In this document: piece after piece, positions 1 to 10,789 of the stretch
How the letters are laid out: each line of letters begins with the position of its first letter
Position numbering within the stretch: the stretch's first letter is position 1
Notes under the pieces: generated by a model
The model's database searches: none
Told to the model about the DNA's origin: nothing
The model's input: the letters and a program-made list of their open reading frames with translations, nothing else
DNA from: Halobacteriovoraceae bacterium
GTDB taxonomy: Bacteria > Bdellovibrionota > Bacteriovoracia > Bacteriovoracales > Bacteriovoracaceae
Direction: 5' to 3'
Length of the DNA stretch: 64,000 nt
Assembly: GCA_963719505.1 (NCBI GenBank)
Contig: CAVRCF010000001.1
Span: forward strand, 704,001-768,000
Translations under genes and position numbers: made by a program

Positions 1-547
1 TTTTGATCCCAAGTTCTTCTTTTATATCCACATAAAGAGGAATTCCTTGAGAGACTGTCAGCATCTGCATTCCTCGACAAATTCCTAGAATTGGAGTGTG
101 AAGTGAGGCATCGTCGGTTGAGTTAAAATATGTTTTTAAAAGATTGTATTCAAATGGATCTCTCTTTTTTCCTTCCTCAGTATAGTTGACTAGATAGTCG
201 AGTCTTTCGGTTTCAGCTTTTAACTCAGGAGTCACTTTATCAATATAGTATTTGGGATCAATATCTACTCCACCGGGAATAAGGATAGCGTCAACTTGCG
301 AATAGTCTGGAGTTTGGTTCTCTGAGTAGAGGTTTTTCAGTTTTATTCTGTAACCCATCTTTCTTGCTGCTTTAACCAAGCCCCAGATATTGAATCGTCC
401 ACAGTCTTTAGTACAGCCAACAACGATCTTTTCGCCTTTTTCCATTTGGCAGCTTTCCATTTTAAAGCTGGTACTAGCGTTCGCTGTCAGTGAGAATTTT
501 AGAAAAAAACTTAGTGCTAAAACTAATGTTGAGAGAGTAAATTTCAT
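1..547 (-). CDS. Peptidase C26 / gamma-glutamyl hydrolase-like class I glutamine amidotransferase with signal peptide (3' end outside window)
   Basis: Absent from the ORF track; manual translation from ATG 547 (AAGGAAG upstream): MKFTLSTLVLALSFFLKFSLTANA...DAILIPGGVDIDPKYY...RDPFEY...PILGICRGMQML; GICRGxQ nucleophile elbow and PGGxD motif. Confidence 0.85.
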   Translation of the reverse strand, partial: MKFTLSTLVLALSFFLKFSLTANASTSFKMESCQMEKGEKIVVGCTKDCGRFNIWGLVKAARKMGYRIKLKNLYSENQTPDYSQVDAILIPGGVDIDPKYYIDKVTPELKAETERLDYLVNYTEEGKKRDPFEYNLLKTYFNSTDDASLHTPILGICRGMQMLTVSQGIPLYVDIKEELGIK

Positions 548-614
548 ACAACTTCCTTATCAATAATGTGTATATTGATTTTATCGGGAAGTAATTTACT
601 CTAGAAGGGTGAAA

Positions 615-1166
615 TTAATGCCAGTCTATTTCTATATCGGCTTGGACTTTCGTCTTTTCGGTAGGATCCGCGCTTTTAACGCTGAAAACCACAGAGCTAT
701 TATCGTATTGTGTGATGGCTTCACCAGGTCTGAAACTGATTTGTCCTTGATCATTTTCTTGAGTATAACAGTCATGGAAATTATACTTTAAACCTTTCTC
801 TATTTCTGTCTCGTCTGTTGGTGTAGCGCTTGAAGCACCTCCGACGTATTTACAATAGAAATCGTAGCCCGTCTCTCCATTAGAGTTGAAATAAATAGCT
901 GCTGTTCCATTTCCAGCATTTCCTTCAGTAACATCTAAGCTCGCTGGGATTCTCAGTTCTAGATCTTTGTCGAAAGATTTTGCAGAATCTGTGGCCGTTC
1001 CATTTTGATCAATACTGGCGCTTAATTTAAAGCTGTCAGCTGTGATGAATCGAATTGCCGAATCACTGTTATCGCTTGCAGGAGCTTTGTTAATGACACC
1101 TTTTCCACAACCAACCTGCAGGAAGGTAGAAAGGATTACACTGGATTTTAAGATAGTTTTTAACAT
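615..1166 (-). CDS. Hypothetical lipoprotein
   Basis: Start reassigned to ATG 1166: MLKTILKSSVILSTFLQVGC, lipobox-like; beta-rich mature part with two further Cys. Confidence 0.7.
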   Translation of the reverse strand: MLKTILKSSVILSTFLQVGCGKGVINKAPASDNSDSAIRFITADSFKLSASIDQNGTATDSAKSFDKDLELRIPASLDVTEGNAGNGTAAIYFNSNGETGYDFYCKYVGGASSATPTDETEIEKGLKYNFHDCYTQENDQGQISFRPGEAITQYDNSSVVFSVKSADPTEKTKVQADIEIDWH

Positions 1167-1173
1167 GTAATCT

Positions 1174-1201
1174 TGATCGGTGCGGGGCAGAAGAATCTTA
1201 G
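1174..1201 (-). promoter_or_regulatory. sigma28 (FliA)-type promoter
   Basis: CTAAG-N15-ACCGATCA versus consensus TAAA-N15-GCCGATAA; ends 7 nt before ATG 1166. Confidence 0.55.
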
Positions 1202-1321
1202 GTTTTTTGACCAAAAAAAGAGAAAAAAATTCCTAGCCTTGCATAGTGATAGAGTCGGTTATTAGGGCTGGTCAGTGATTCCAAAGAGTTGCTAAAATTA
1301 TAATTTTTTTTTAACTAGACA

Positions 1322-1352
1322 CCCTTGACGACTATGGATTCAATACCACCTT
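1322..1352 (+). promoter_or_regulatory. Possible sigma32-type heat-shock promoter of groESL
   Basis: CCCTTGAC...ACCACCT resembles CCCTTGAA-N13/14-CCCCATNT; the -10 match is weak. Confidence 0.3.
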
Positions 1353-1420
1353 AGAGGAGTTAACAATAAACCAAAATACTATACTATGCGTTAAACGCAT
1401 TAGCTTAAAAGGAGAAATAG

Positions 1421-1708
1421 ATGTCTGTAAAACCACTTCACGACAGAGTTCTTGTAAAGAGACTTGAGGAAGAAACAAAAACTGCAGGTGGGATTATCAT
1501 TCCTGATAATTCAAAGGAAAAACCGGCTCAAGGTGAGATCATCGCAATTGGTTCTGGGTATAGAAATACTGACGGAACACTCTCAGCACTTGATGTAAAA
1601 GTTGGAGATAAAGTACTTTTTGAAAAGTATGGACACTCAGATGTAAAGATTGAAGGGAACGACTTTTTAATCATGAAAGAAAGTAATATTTTAGGAATTT
1701 TAGGATAA
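1421..1708 (+). CDS. groES: Co-chaperonin GroES
   Basis: [22 protein letters not shown] motifs; 95 aa; AAGGAG RBS. Confidence 0.99.
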   Translation: MSVKPLHDRVLVKRLEEETKTAGGIIIPDNSKEKPAQGEIIAIGSGYRNTDGTLSALDVKVGDKVLFEKYGHSDVKIEGNDFLIMKESNILGILG

Positions 1709-1711
1709 TAG

Positions 1712-3373
<1,662 letters not shown>

Positions 3374-3408
3374 AAATATCCTCCCAAGAATTTAAAAAAT
3401 AAATGATG

Positions 3409-3438
3409 GCCTCCCTTTTTGTGGGAGGCTTTTTTTTT
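3409..3438 (+). terminator. Rho-independent terminator of groESL
   Basis: GCCTCCC-N7-GGGAGGC followed by T9. Confidence 0.9.
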
Positions 3439-3445
3439 AGTTATT

Positions 3446-3865
3446 CTAGTCTAGTTCCCATTCTCCACGATCCATGATTCCTTGAACCCAACTCTCTGAA
3501 CAAAAAAGTTCGCCAATCTCTATTTGTCCATAGTGATTAGGGTCTAGGGTAACAAGCTCTATGCCATAATTTGATCTTGCCCAAATATTAATGTCTGTTG
3601 ATATCCCTACAGGTCTACAAGTAAAATCTAGCTGACTAGAATCTCGATTATCCGTGCATTTCAGCGTAAATCTTTCTCTTGTCGAAGTATTTAAGAATTC
3701 AGCACTGCTGGATATGAGTCGATTGCCTATGGCCTTGTAGTCGAGTTTTAATTGAATTTTTTCAAAAGATGGCCTTCCATCTTCCATGAATCCCCCGCAT
3801 CGAATTACTTTTGCAGACGAGAGTAGGGGGAGAGTTAACAGCGAATAAATGATTAAGCTTTTCAT
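3446..3865 (-). CDS. Small secreted hypothetical protein (4 Cys)
   Basis: Signal peptide MKSLIIYSLLTLPLLSSA; AAGGA RBS. Confidence 0.65.
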   Translation of the reverse strand: MKSLIIYSLLTLPLLSSAKVIRCGGFMEDGRPSFEKIQLKLDYKAIGNRLISSSAEFLNTSTRERFTLKCTDNRDSSQLDFTCRPVGISTDINIWARSNYGIELVTLDPNHYGQIEIGELFCSESWVQGIMDRGEWELD

Positions 3866-3918
3866 GAATTATCCTTAGTTTTGGGCATATTAGTAGATTG
3901 AGGTTTATTTACAAGTAA

Positions 3919-3966
3919 GATCAATGACTTATGTAAACTCTATATATGCTTGGCACACCCCTTGCT
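3919..3966 (+). promoter_or_regulatory. sigma54 promoter with upstream IHF-like site
   Basis: TGGCAC-ACCCC-TTGCT at 3951-3966 (perfect -24/-12); GATCAATGACTTA at 3919-3931 versus WATCARNNNNTTR. Confidence 0.8.
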
Positions 3967-4026
3967 TCATATAGTGTAAGAGAGAATTAAGTTAGGAAAT
4001 TTGAGTACTAATTTCAAGGGGATAGC

Positions 4027-4884
4027 ATGATTAAGAGTTTAAGACATTGTATAAAGTTTAGACACTTTCTAGCAATCGTTACTTCTATTTACACTACATC
4101 AATTTTAGCTGGAGAAGCCGGAAGGGCTCCTGCGAACTTTATCCCAGATGACGACATGATCGTTGTGCCTATGGTTGTTGAAAAAAGCTTCTATGACGAC
4201 TTCAATGAAAAGCATAAAGAGAAATTTCAGCAGTCAAGACTTCGTCTCGAAGGATGGCTATTACAAGAGCAGTACGCACAAGATTACGGTCTTGAGGACG
4301 CTGACTTTATTAACCTTCCAACTCCAGAAGAGAAGGAGAGATTCTTTAACAGAAACTACCTGCGCTTTATCCAAAAAGATGTAGAAAAAGCGAACCAAGA
4401 AACTGTTCAGGGAATCGTTGATGATTGGAATGCCGATGACGAGATCGATGCTATTAGAAATACAGAGCTTCGTAACGAATATATTGTTAAAGCAAAAAGA
4501 GCAAAGGGTCAGAAGGTTATTGAAGCATCTGAGACGGTTAAGGTAGGAAAAAGCAGTTTCAAGATCGACTTTCAACCAAGACTTGAGCAAGGAATGGTGA
4601 TGATCAAGCTTAAGAGTGACTTCATTAAAGTTAGAGCTTGGTTAGGGGTTAATGGAAGCCAGGAGCTTTTCGCAGAAAAAAGAATTGCAGCGACAAACAC
4701 GAGAATTTTGGCCAACTACTATATCGATGAGAATAGAATACTTGCCGCGGTGAGACAACCGCTTGGAAATAATTGGTCTATGCGTCTAACGCATCAAAAA
4801 TACTATAATTCTGCTGACGCTTTCGAGCTTGGTAGAATACCTGAAAATAATGTTTTATCAGTTAACTTTGGAATGGGATTTTAA
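4027..4884 (+). CDS. Exported hypothetical protein, probable C-terminal outer-membrane beta-barrel
   Basis: Signal-like N-terminus, helical middle, alternating hydrophobic strands in last ~110 aa, ends VNFGMGF. Confidence 0.6.
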   Translation: MIKSLRHCIKFRHFLAIVTSIYTTSILAGEAGRAPANFIPDDDMIVVPMVVEKSFYDDFNEKHKEKFQQSRLRLEGWLLQEQYAQDYGLEDADFINLPTPEEKERFFNRNYLRFIQKDVEKANQETVQGIVDDWNADDEIDAIRNTELRNEYIVKAKRAKGQKVIEASETVKVGKSSFKIDFQPRLEQGMVMIKLKSDFIKVRAWLGVNGSQELFAEKRIAATNTRILANYYIDENRILAAVRQPLGNNWSMRLTHQKYYNSADAFELGRIPENNVLSVNFGMGF

Positions 4885-4952
4885 TTCCTCTCATGTTAAT
4901 TTGTGTTTGAATTTATATAATGCTTCAAACACTAAAATAAACGGAGAGTTTT

Positions 4953-6212
4953 ATGGCACTTTATCACAGCCCACTTTACAAAGACGCACTTGCTCAACTT
5001 GAAATGGCTTCAGCCGCAATGAATGCAGACCCCAATATTATCGAAAGATTAAAATACCCAAAAAGAGCGATTCAAGTTTCTATTCCTATTCGTCTTGATG
5101 ATGGAACAGTTAAAACTTTTGAAGGCTATAGAGTTCAACACAATATGACTCTTGGGCCAGGAAAGGGTGGGATTCGTTTTCATCCAGATGTTGATTTATC
5201 AGAAACAACAGCTCTTGCTATGCTTATGACATTTAAATGTGCTCTTGTTGGTCTTCCTCTTGGAGGGGCAAAGGGTGGAGTAAGAGTCGATCCAAGTAAA
5301 TTATCACGCCAAGAACTTCAAGCTTTAACCAGAAGATATGCAACAGAGATTGGTCCATTTGTAGGTCCAACAAAAGATATTCCAGCTCCAGATATTGGAA
5401 CTGATGCTCAAACAATGGCATGGTTTATGGATACATATTCTCAAATCAATGGCTACGCAGCTCATGGGGTTGTAACGGGGAAACCAATTTCAGTTGGTGG
5501 ATCTCTTGGACGTGCAGCAGCTACTGGACGTGGTGTTGCTTATTGTATTAACTTTGCCTACGAAAGTATGGGAAAGAAAATCACTCAAAATACAACTGTT
5601 GCCATTCACGGTTTTGGTAAGGTTGGGACACCTGCTGCAGAAGATCTGGCAGCCCAAGGTGCGAAAATTGTAGCGGTCTCTGATGTCTCGGGTGCTGTTT
5701 ATAGCGAACATGGTTTAGATGTGGCTAAAGCAACTCAGTGGGTAAAATCAGGTCGTTTATTAAAAGACTATGAGGGAGTTACTCTTATCTCAAACGCGGA
5801 ACTTCTCGCTCTTGATGTCGACATTTTAATTCCAGCAGCAATTGATGGTGTTATTACAAAAGATAATATGGAAACAGTAAAAGCTAGGCTTATTGCTGAA
5901 GGTGCCAATGGTCCACTTGATAAAGCAGCCATCGAATATCTGTCAGATAGAGGTGTATTCATTATCCCTGATATTCTTTGTAATGCCGGTGGTGTTATTG
6001 TTTCTTACTTTGAGTGGGTTCAAGGTTTAGCAAACTTTTTCTGGGATGAAGATGAAGTCAACAGTAGACTCCACAGAATTCTAAAGAAAGCTTTTGATGA
6101 TGTTCTTGAGAAAAAAGAGTTGTATAAAGTTGATATGAAGAAAGCAGCAATGTGTGCGGCTCTTGGAAAACTTGAAGCAGCAATGAAACTTAGAGGTCTT
6201 TTCCCAGGTTAG
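4953..6212 (+). CDS. gdhA: Glu/Leu/Phe/Val dehydrogenase, likely glutamate dehydrogenase
   Basis: GPGKGGIRFHP, LPLGGAKGG, DIPAPD, GFGKVG, EGANGP, NAGGVIVSYFEW. Confidence 0.93.
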   Translation: MALYHSPLYKDALAQLEMASAAMNADPNIIERLKYPKRAIQVSIPIRLDDGTVKTFEGYRVQHNMTLGPGKGGIRFHPDVDLSETTALAMLMTFKCALVGLPLGGAKGGVRVDPSKLSRQELQALTRRYATEIGPFVGPTKDIPAPDIGTDAQTMAWFMDTYSQINGYAAHGVVTGKPISVGGSLGRAAATGRGVAYCINFAYESMGKKITQNTTVAIHGFGKVGTPAAEDLAAQGAKIVAVSDVSGAVYSEHGLDVAKATQWVKSGRLLKDYEGVTLISNAELLALDVDILIPAAIDGVITKDNMETVKARLIAEGANGPLDKAAIEYLSDRGVFIIPDILCNAGGVIVSYFEWVQGLANFFWDEDEVNSRLHRILKKAFDDVLEKKELYKVDMKKAAMCAALGKLEAAMKLRGLFPG

Positions 6213-6217
6213 ATTTA

Positions 6218-6715
6218 ATGAATCAAAAATATCGGGCACGTCTTTTGGCGTGCCTTTTTTTTATCCCTTTACTATGTTTTTCAAAAATATTGAAAGACGA
6301 CGTCATAGCCACTGGAAGTGAGCAGTTTAGTTATCAGTCCGTTTGTAAAAAAATGATGAATAAAGACCTCCCTCTTATCGATTATACAAATGCTACGACT
6401 CTGGACTGCATGGGGACTTCGATTAATGTCGGGAGCTTTTGCCTAAAGGAGATGCCAGATTCTCCCACTCTTTTGCGAGGCTATATTGACCCTAAAATAA
6501 AGAGAGTTATTTGTAAAAAAGGGAAAAAGGTTGATCTAAAAATAACTTGTGAAGGTGATTATCTTTGTAAGGACACAGAGCTTGATTGTTACAAATTGGG
6601 ACAAATATACGCGATGAGATTAAACCTTGATCATCATTCAAGCTTTAAAGAGAATAAGAAAAAAGTCCTTAATTGTTACTTCTCTTTAAAAAAGAAAATT
6701 AGCCTTCCCAAATAA
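6218..6715 (+). CDS. Cys-rich exported hypothetical protein
   Basis: Hydrophobic N-terminus; 8 Cys in mature region. Confidence 0.6.
   Translation: MNQKYRARLLACLFFIPLLCFSKILKDDVIATGSEQFSYQSVCKKMMNKDLPLIDYTNATTLDCMGTSINVGSFCLKEMPDSPTLLRGYIDPKIKRVICKKGKKVDLKITCEGDYLCKDTELDCYKLGQIYAMRLNLDHHSSFKENKKKVLNCYFSLKKKISLPK
6234..6262 (+). terminator. Terminator-like hairpin after gdh, overlapping the 5' end of the next ORF
   Basis: GGGCACGTC-TTTT-GGCGTGCC followed by T8. Confidence 0.6.
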
Positions 6716-6790
6716 TCTTTAAATACAAGTGTTTATAAAAGATAGCTAAAACAAGTAATTTGAATAAGGTTCCTAAAAAAAGGAGCCTCA

Positions 6791-7369
6791 ATGCAAACAG
6801 AAATAAAAACCTATCTCGAAACACCAAGTGGAATCACCTACCTTTCTATTTTTGGGTACGCCAATAGAGGAGTGCCCGGACTTGAAATTAATGGAGCGGG
6901 AAGGCTTTCCAAAAATATAAAAGAAAAAGTGATTTATTTAAGTAAGAGTCTGAGCTTAAAAACTCAGGCGAAAAGATTTGTCATCTGTGTTGATATTAAT
7001 GATGTGGGTTCTAATATTGATAAGGGAGAGCTAAAGTTTTTGGAATTCCCTATTCTTCTTATGTTTTGGTATTTAAGTGGCATTATCCCTATCAAGAAGC
7101 TTGATAATTGCCTGGCCCGAGGATGGTTTAATGTGCGAGGAGAAATCTTTCAAAGCCCTTACCCTATAACGGCCAAGAGAGCTCACTGGCAGGGAATTAA
7201 CCCGGTAGAAATCAAAAGCTTAAACATAATTTCAAGCCTTGAGTCTGACAATCAGTTTCATAAACAAATAGATGCAAGACTCTTACTAGGTCACCTTAAA
7301 GGAATAAAGTTTAAGGTCGATTATATTGAAAGAGACTCTGACATTCCTATAAAGTCTTTTAGTGCATGA
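6791..7369 (+). CDS. Stand-alone ComM/YifB (Mg-chelatase ChlI family) N-terminal-domain-like protein
   Basis: RGVPGLEINGAGRLSKNIKEKV...KRFVICVD...LEFPILL resembles the ComM N-domain (GLPxFxIVGL...KE.RV...DLPIA); no Walker A; AAGGAG RBS. Confidence 0.55.
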   Translation: MQTEIKTYLETPSGITYLSIFGYANRGVPGLEINGAGRLSKNIKEKVIYLSKSLSLKTQAKRFVICVDINDVGSNIDKGELKFLEFPILLMFWYLSGIIPIKKLDNCLARGWFNVRGEIFQSPYPITAKRAHWQGINPVEIKSLNIISSLESDNQFHKQIDARLLLGHLKGIKFKVDYIERDSDIPIKSFSA

Positions 7370-8301
7370 TCACTTTTAGATGAACACTCAGCCAAAGGAA
7401 CCATTGTTACTTTCCCATCTCTGACAACAGTAGCATGTTGCGCTTTTCCCTCAACCAGAGCGTCAACGGCTGAAACACCCATGACAGTGGCAAAAAATCT
7501 ATCGGTGGGAGTAGGACTTCCACCTCTTTGAATATGCCCAAGGATACAGACTCTTGAAGAGATATCGTGAAGATCTTCTAGTACGTGGGCTATATCATAT
7601 GATCTTCCCGGTTTTTCACCTTCAGCAACAATAATAACTGAAGAATTTTTTCCTCGTCTTAGACCACGTCTTATATCGGATGAGATTTTCTTATAATCGA
7701 TTTTGTCTTGGTTGAGTAAAACATTCTCTGCCCCAGAACAAATTCCAACTTTAATGGCAATTGAAGAGGTCTGCGCTCCCATAACTTCAATAAGAAAAGT
7801 TCTATCGTTTGCCTGAGCAGTATCTCTAATTTTATCCACAGCTTCAGTCGCAGTCTGTACAGCTGTATCAAACCCGATGGTATAATCCGTTCCAGAGATA
7901 TCGTTATCGATTGTTCCGGGAATTCCAATCACAGGAAAGTTAAATTCTTCATTTAGGGCAATTGCACCTTTGAAAGAGCCATCGCCACCGATCACAATAA
8001 GGGCATCAATGCCTCGATCTTCAAGAATTTGAGCAGATTTTTCTCTAACATGTTTATCTTTAAACTCAGGGCATCTTGAGGTGTAGAGAACTGTTCCACC
8101 TCTTTGAATAATATTTCCAACACTAGATGCATTCATCTCTGTCATTTCATTATTGATAAGACCTTTGTAGCCTCTTTGAATACCGTAGACCTTAATACCG
8201 TGAGAGATAGCAGCTCGAACGATGGCCCTGATTGCACAGTTCATCCCCGGGCTGTCGCCACCACTTGTTAAAACACCAATCGCTCTGATCTTTGAAGACA
8301 T
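7321..8301 (-). CDS. pfkA: ATP-dependent 6-phosphofructokinase
   Basis: LTSGGDSPGMN, IGGDGS, PGTIDNDI, EVMG, LGHIQRGG. Confidence 0.98.
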   Translation of the reverse strand: MSSKIRAIGVLTSGGDSPGMNCAIRAIVRAAISHGIKVYGIQRGYKGLINNEMTEMNASSVGNIIQRGGTVLYTSRCPEFKDKHVREKSAQILEDRGIDALIVIGGDGSFKGAIALNEEFNFPVIGIPGTIDNDISGTDYTIGFDTAVQTATEAVDKIRDTAQANDRTFLIEVMGAQTSSIAIKVGICSGAENVLLNQDKIDYKKISSDIRRGLRRGKNSSVIIVAEGEKPGRSYDIAHVLEDLHDISSRVCILGHIQRGGSPTPTDRFFATVMGVSAVDALVEGKAQHATVVRDGKVTMVPLAECSSKSDHALKDFIGMSESLSI

Positions 8302-8315
8302 ATATTTTCCTATCG

Positions 8316-9848
8316 TTAATTAAAAATTGTTGTACCGGTAAAATCACTAGGCTTTTCAATACCTAGGAGATGAATAATTGTAGGAGAAATATCCATTAAT
8401 GCATCATCTTTATTTTTAATTTCAACTTTTTTATTTTCGAGTCCTTTTTGAACCAAGATAAAAGGGACTTGAGCGCCAGTGTGAGACGTGTGCGGACTTC
8501 CATCGGCATGGGCCATCTGATCGCAATTTCCGTGATCTGCAGTTACTAGCATGGAGATGTCTTCTTCCAGACACTTATCTTTTAGCTTCCCTAAAACAAT
8601 ATCGATATATTCAACTGCTTTTACAGCGGCTTCGTAATTGCCTGTATGTCCAACCATATCTGGATTGGCAAAGTTGACAATGGATACAGAGAGACCTTTG
8701 TCGGAGAGTTCGTGAGTGAGCTTATTCAAAACCTCGGCTGCACTCATCTGAGGTTTGAGATCGTAAGTCGCTACTTCTCTCGGGGACTCCACTAAGATTC
8801 TTTTTTCACCTTCAAAGGGCTTTTCAGCTCCGCCATTGAAAAAGTAGGTGACGTGAGCATATTTTTCGGTCTCAGCAATTTTCAATTGTTTTAAACCTTT
8901 CTTTGATAAGAATTCAGAAAGAGTTCCTTTAACGTTTTCTCTATTGAAAAGAATAGGAACTTCTGGAAAATCTTCATCAATATAAGGAGACATACAAAGA
9001 AATCTCGAAGGCTTTATTGAATTTTCAAAATGTTCAAAGTTTGTGTCAACAAAGGCTTGTGAAATCTCTTTTGCTCTATCAGGTCTAAAATTAATAAAGA
9101 AAACACAGTCTTCTGACTTTATTTTTGATTTTTCTCCAAACAAGACAGGAGTGATAAATTCATCATAGATCTCTTTTTCATACTCCGCTTTAATATAATC
9201 TGCAGGAGATAATTCAGTTATCTCACTTTGCCCTGTCATCATTGTGTAGGCTTTTTCAATCTTCTCCCATCTTCTATCTCGGTCCATACCAATGGAGCGT
9301 CCTTGCATTGAGGCGAAAGTAAAATCTCCAGACTTTTTAAGCTCTTCAATATACATGACTCCATTTTGTTGTGGTGTGTCCCGCCCATCCATGAATGCGT
9401 GAAAGAAAACTTCAACTTTGTGAGTATTGGCAATTTTTATAATTTCTTTAATATGTTTAATATGCGAATGAACGCCACCGTCAGACAAAAGCCCCATAAT
9501 ATGAAGACGATTAGATCCTTGTTTAACTTGCTCAAAAAGGGCTAAAAGTTCTTTCATGTCTTTTAGCGTGTCTTTTTCTATAGACTCATTAATTCTCACT
9601 AGATCTTGTCGAACAGGCCTGCCGGCTCCGATATTCATATGACCCACTTCAGAGTTGCCAGCAACTCCCTTTGGAAGTCCGACCAACACCCCACCAGGCT
9701 CAATAGTGGTATTGGGATATGTTTTTATAAGGGCGTCTAAGTTTGGTGTTTTTGCATCTCTAACTGCATTCTTGTTTTCATTATCGGAGAAACCAAGTCC
9801 GTCACAGATAACCAATAGTACTCTCTTAGTTGATCCAAATAATGACAT
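8316..9848 (-). CDS. gpmI: 2,3-bisphosphoglycerate-independent phosphoglycerate mutase
   Basis: GNSEVGH, SDGGVHS, DGRDT, AETEKYAHVT, NPDMVGHTG, TADHGN. Confidence 0.98.
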   Translation of the reverse strand: MSLFGSTKRVLLVICDGLGFSDNENKNAVRDAKTPNLDALIKTYPNTTIEPGGVLVGLPKGVAGNSEVGHMNIGAGRPVRQDLVRINESIEKDTLKDMKELLALFEQVKQGSNRLHIMGLLSDGGVHSHIKHIKEIIKIANTHKVEVFFHAFMDGRDTPQQNGVMYIEELKKSGDFTFASMQGRSIGMDRDRRWEKIEKAYTMMTGQSEITELSPADYIKAEYEKEIYDEFITPVLFGEKSKIKSEDCVFFINFRPDRAKEISQAFVDTNFEHFENSIKPSRFLCMSPYIDEDFPEVPILFNRENVKGTLSEFLSKKGLKQLKIAETEKYAHVTYFFNGGAEKPFEGEKRILVESPREVATYDLKPQMSAAEVLNKLTHELSDKGLSVSIVNFANPDMVGHTGNYEAAVKAVEYIDIVLGKLKDKCLEEDISMLVTADHGNCDQMAHADGSPHTSHTGAQVPFILVQKGLENKKVEIKNKDDALMDISPTIIHLLGIEKPSDFTGTTIFN

Positions 9849-9857
9849 GACTTTCTC

Positions 9858-10319
9858 CTAGTTGTGATAAGGGTGATTATTATTAATTGTAATCGCTCTA
9901 TAAAACTGCTCTACAAAAAGTATCCTAGCAATTTTATGTGGGAATGTAAGTTTAGATAGTGAGAATTTTTCTTTGCATAAGGCCAAAACCTCTGGTGAGT
10001 GACCCTGCGCTCCAGCAATAAGAAAGATGAGATTCTTTTGAGTTTCTAGTCTATCGAATAACCAAGAGGACATTTGAGGACTATCATACTCCTTACCAAA
10101 TTCAGACAAAGCAATAATATATCCTGGAGAATCTTTGGTGAGATCTTTTACTTTCTTCAACACTTCACCACCTTCAAAATCAAGACTTTCGGCTTTGGCT
10201 TTGACTTCGTGAATGAAAAGATTTGGGTTTTGTATTCTCTTTAAATAGGAAGCCTCGATCTGCTCGAGACTTTTATCTTTTAATTTTCCTACGACGATTA
10301 AGTGAACACTTTTACTCAT
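9858..10319 (-). CDS. rlmH: 23S rRNA pseudouridine-1915 N3-methyltransferase
   Basis: VGKLK, SLSKLTFPH, EQFYRA, HPYHN; follows rsfS. Confidence 0.95.
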   Translation of the reverse strand: MSKSVHLIVVGKLKDKSLEQIEASYLKRIQNPNLFIHEVKAKAESLDFEGGEVLKKVKDLTKDSPGYIIALSEFGKEYDSPQMSSWLFDRLETQKNLIFLIAGAQGHSPEVLALCKEKFSLSKLTFPHKIARILFVEQFYRAITINNNHPYHN

Positions 10320-10324
10320 GGGTT

Positions 10325-10789
10325 TTAGAAGTAGTTGTTCGTTGGATCCGAATGAGATGTTTCTGTCTGTGGAGTACCAAAGTAGTACTCTTCAGGGATC
10401 TGAATTTGTTTTTGATTTTTCCAAAGCATATCAAGATCAAAAATATCTCTCGAAACTTCAAGAAAAAGGTGAACGATAACATCACCGGCGTCTACAAGTA
10501 TCCATTCTGCTTCCTCAACACCTTCTACCGATTTAACTTGAACATCAGTATGTCTCAGGCTTGGAACAAGGACGTCTACCATTGATCGTGCTTGAGTTGT
10601 GTTTTGGGCAGAGGCGATAATATTGTAGTCACAAAGAGAACTTGAATTACTCATATCAAAGATCTTTATATTTAACCCTTTAAAGTTTGCAATGATCCAC
10701 GCACACGCAAGAGCGATATTTTTAGGAAATTCTTCCTTGTGTTCGTTCATGATTTTTGTGATTTCTTTTTCTACAAATTGATTACTCAT
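10325..10789 (-). CDS. rsfS: Ribosome silencing factor
   Basis: EWILVDAGDVIVHLF, RDIFDLDMLW; obg-rsfS-rlmH order. Confidence 0.93.
   Translation of the reverse strand: MSNQFVEKEITKIMNEHKEEFPKNIALACAWIIANFKGLNIKIFDMSNSSSLCDYNIIASAQNTTQARSMVDVLVPSLRHTDVQVKSVEGVEEAEWILVDAGDVIVHLFLEVSRDIFDLDMLWKNQKQIQIPEEYYFGTPQTETSHSDPTNNYF

Noticed and set aside
581-607. sigma28-like -10 (CCCGATAA) upstream of the C26 gene; similar ACCGATTC at 48388-48395 upstream of the HtrA gene
   Set aside because: No acceptable -35 at the 15-nt spacing in either case
1261-1295. CIRCE-like half sites (TTAG...GAGTTGCTAA) upstream of groES
   Set aside because: Left arm and spacing do not match TTAGCACTC-N9-GAGTGCTAA
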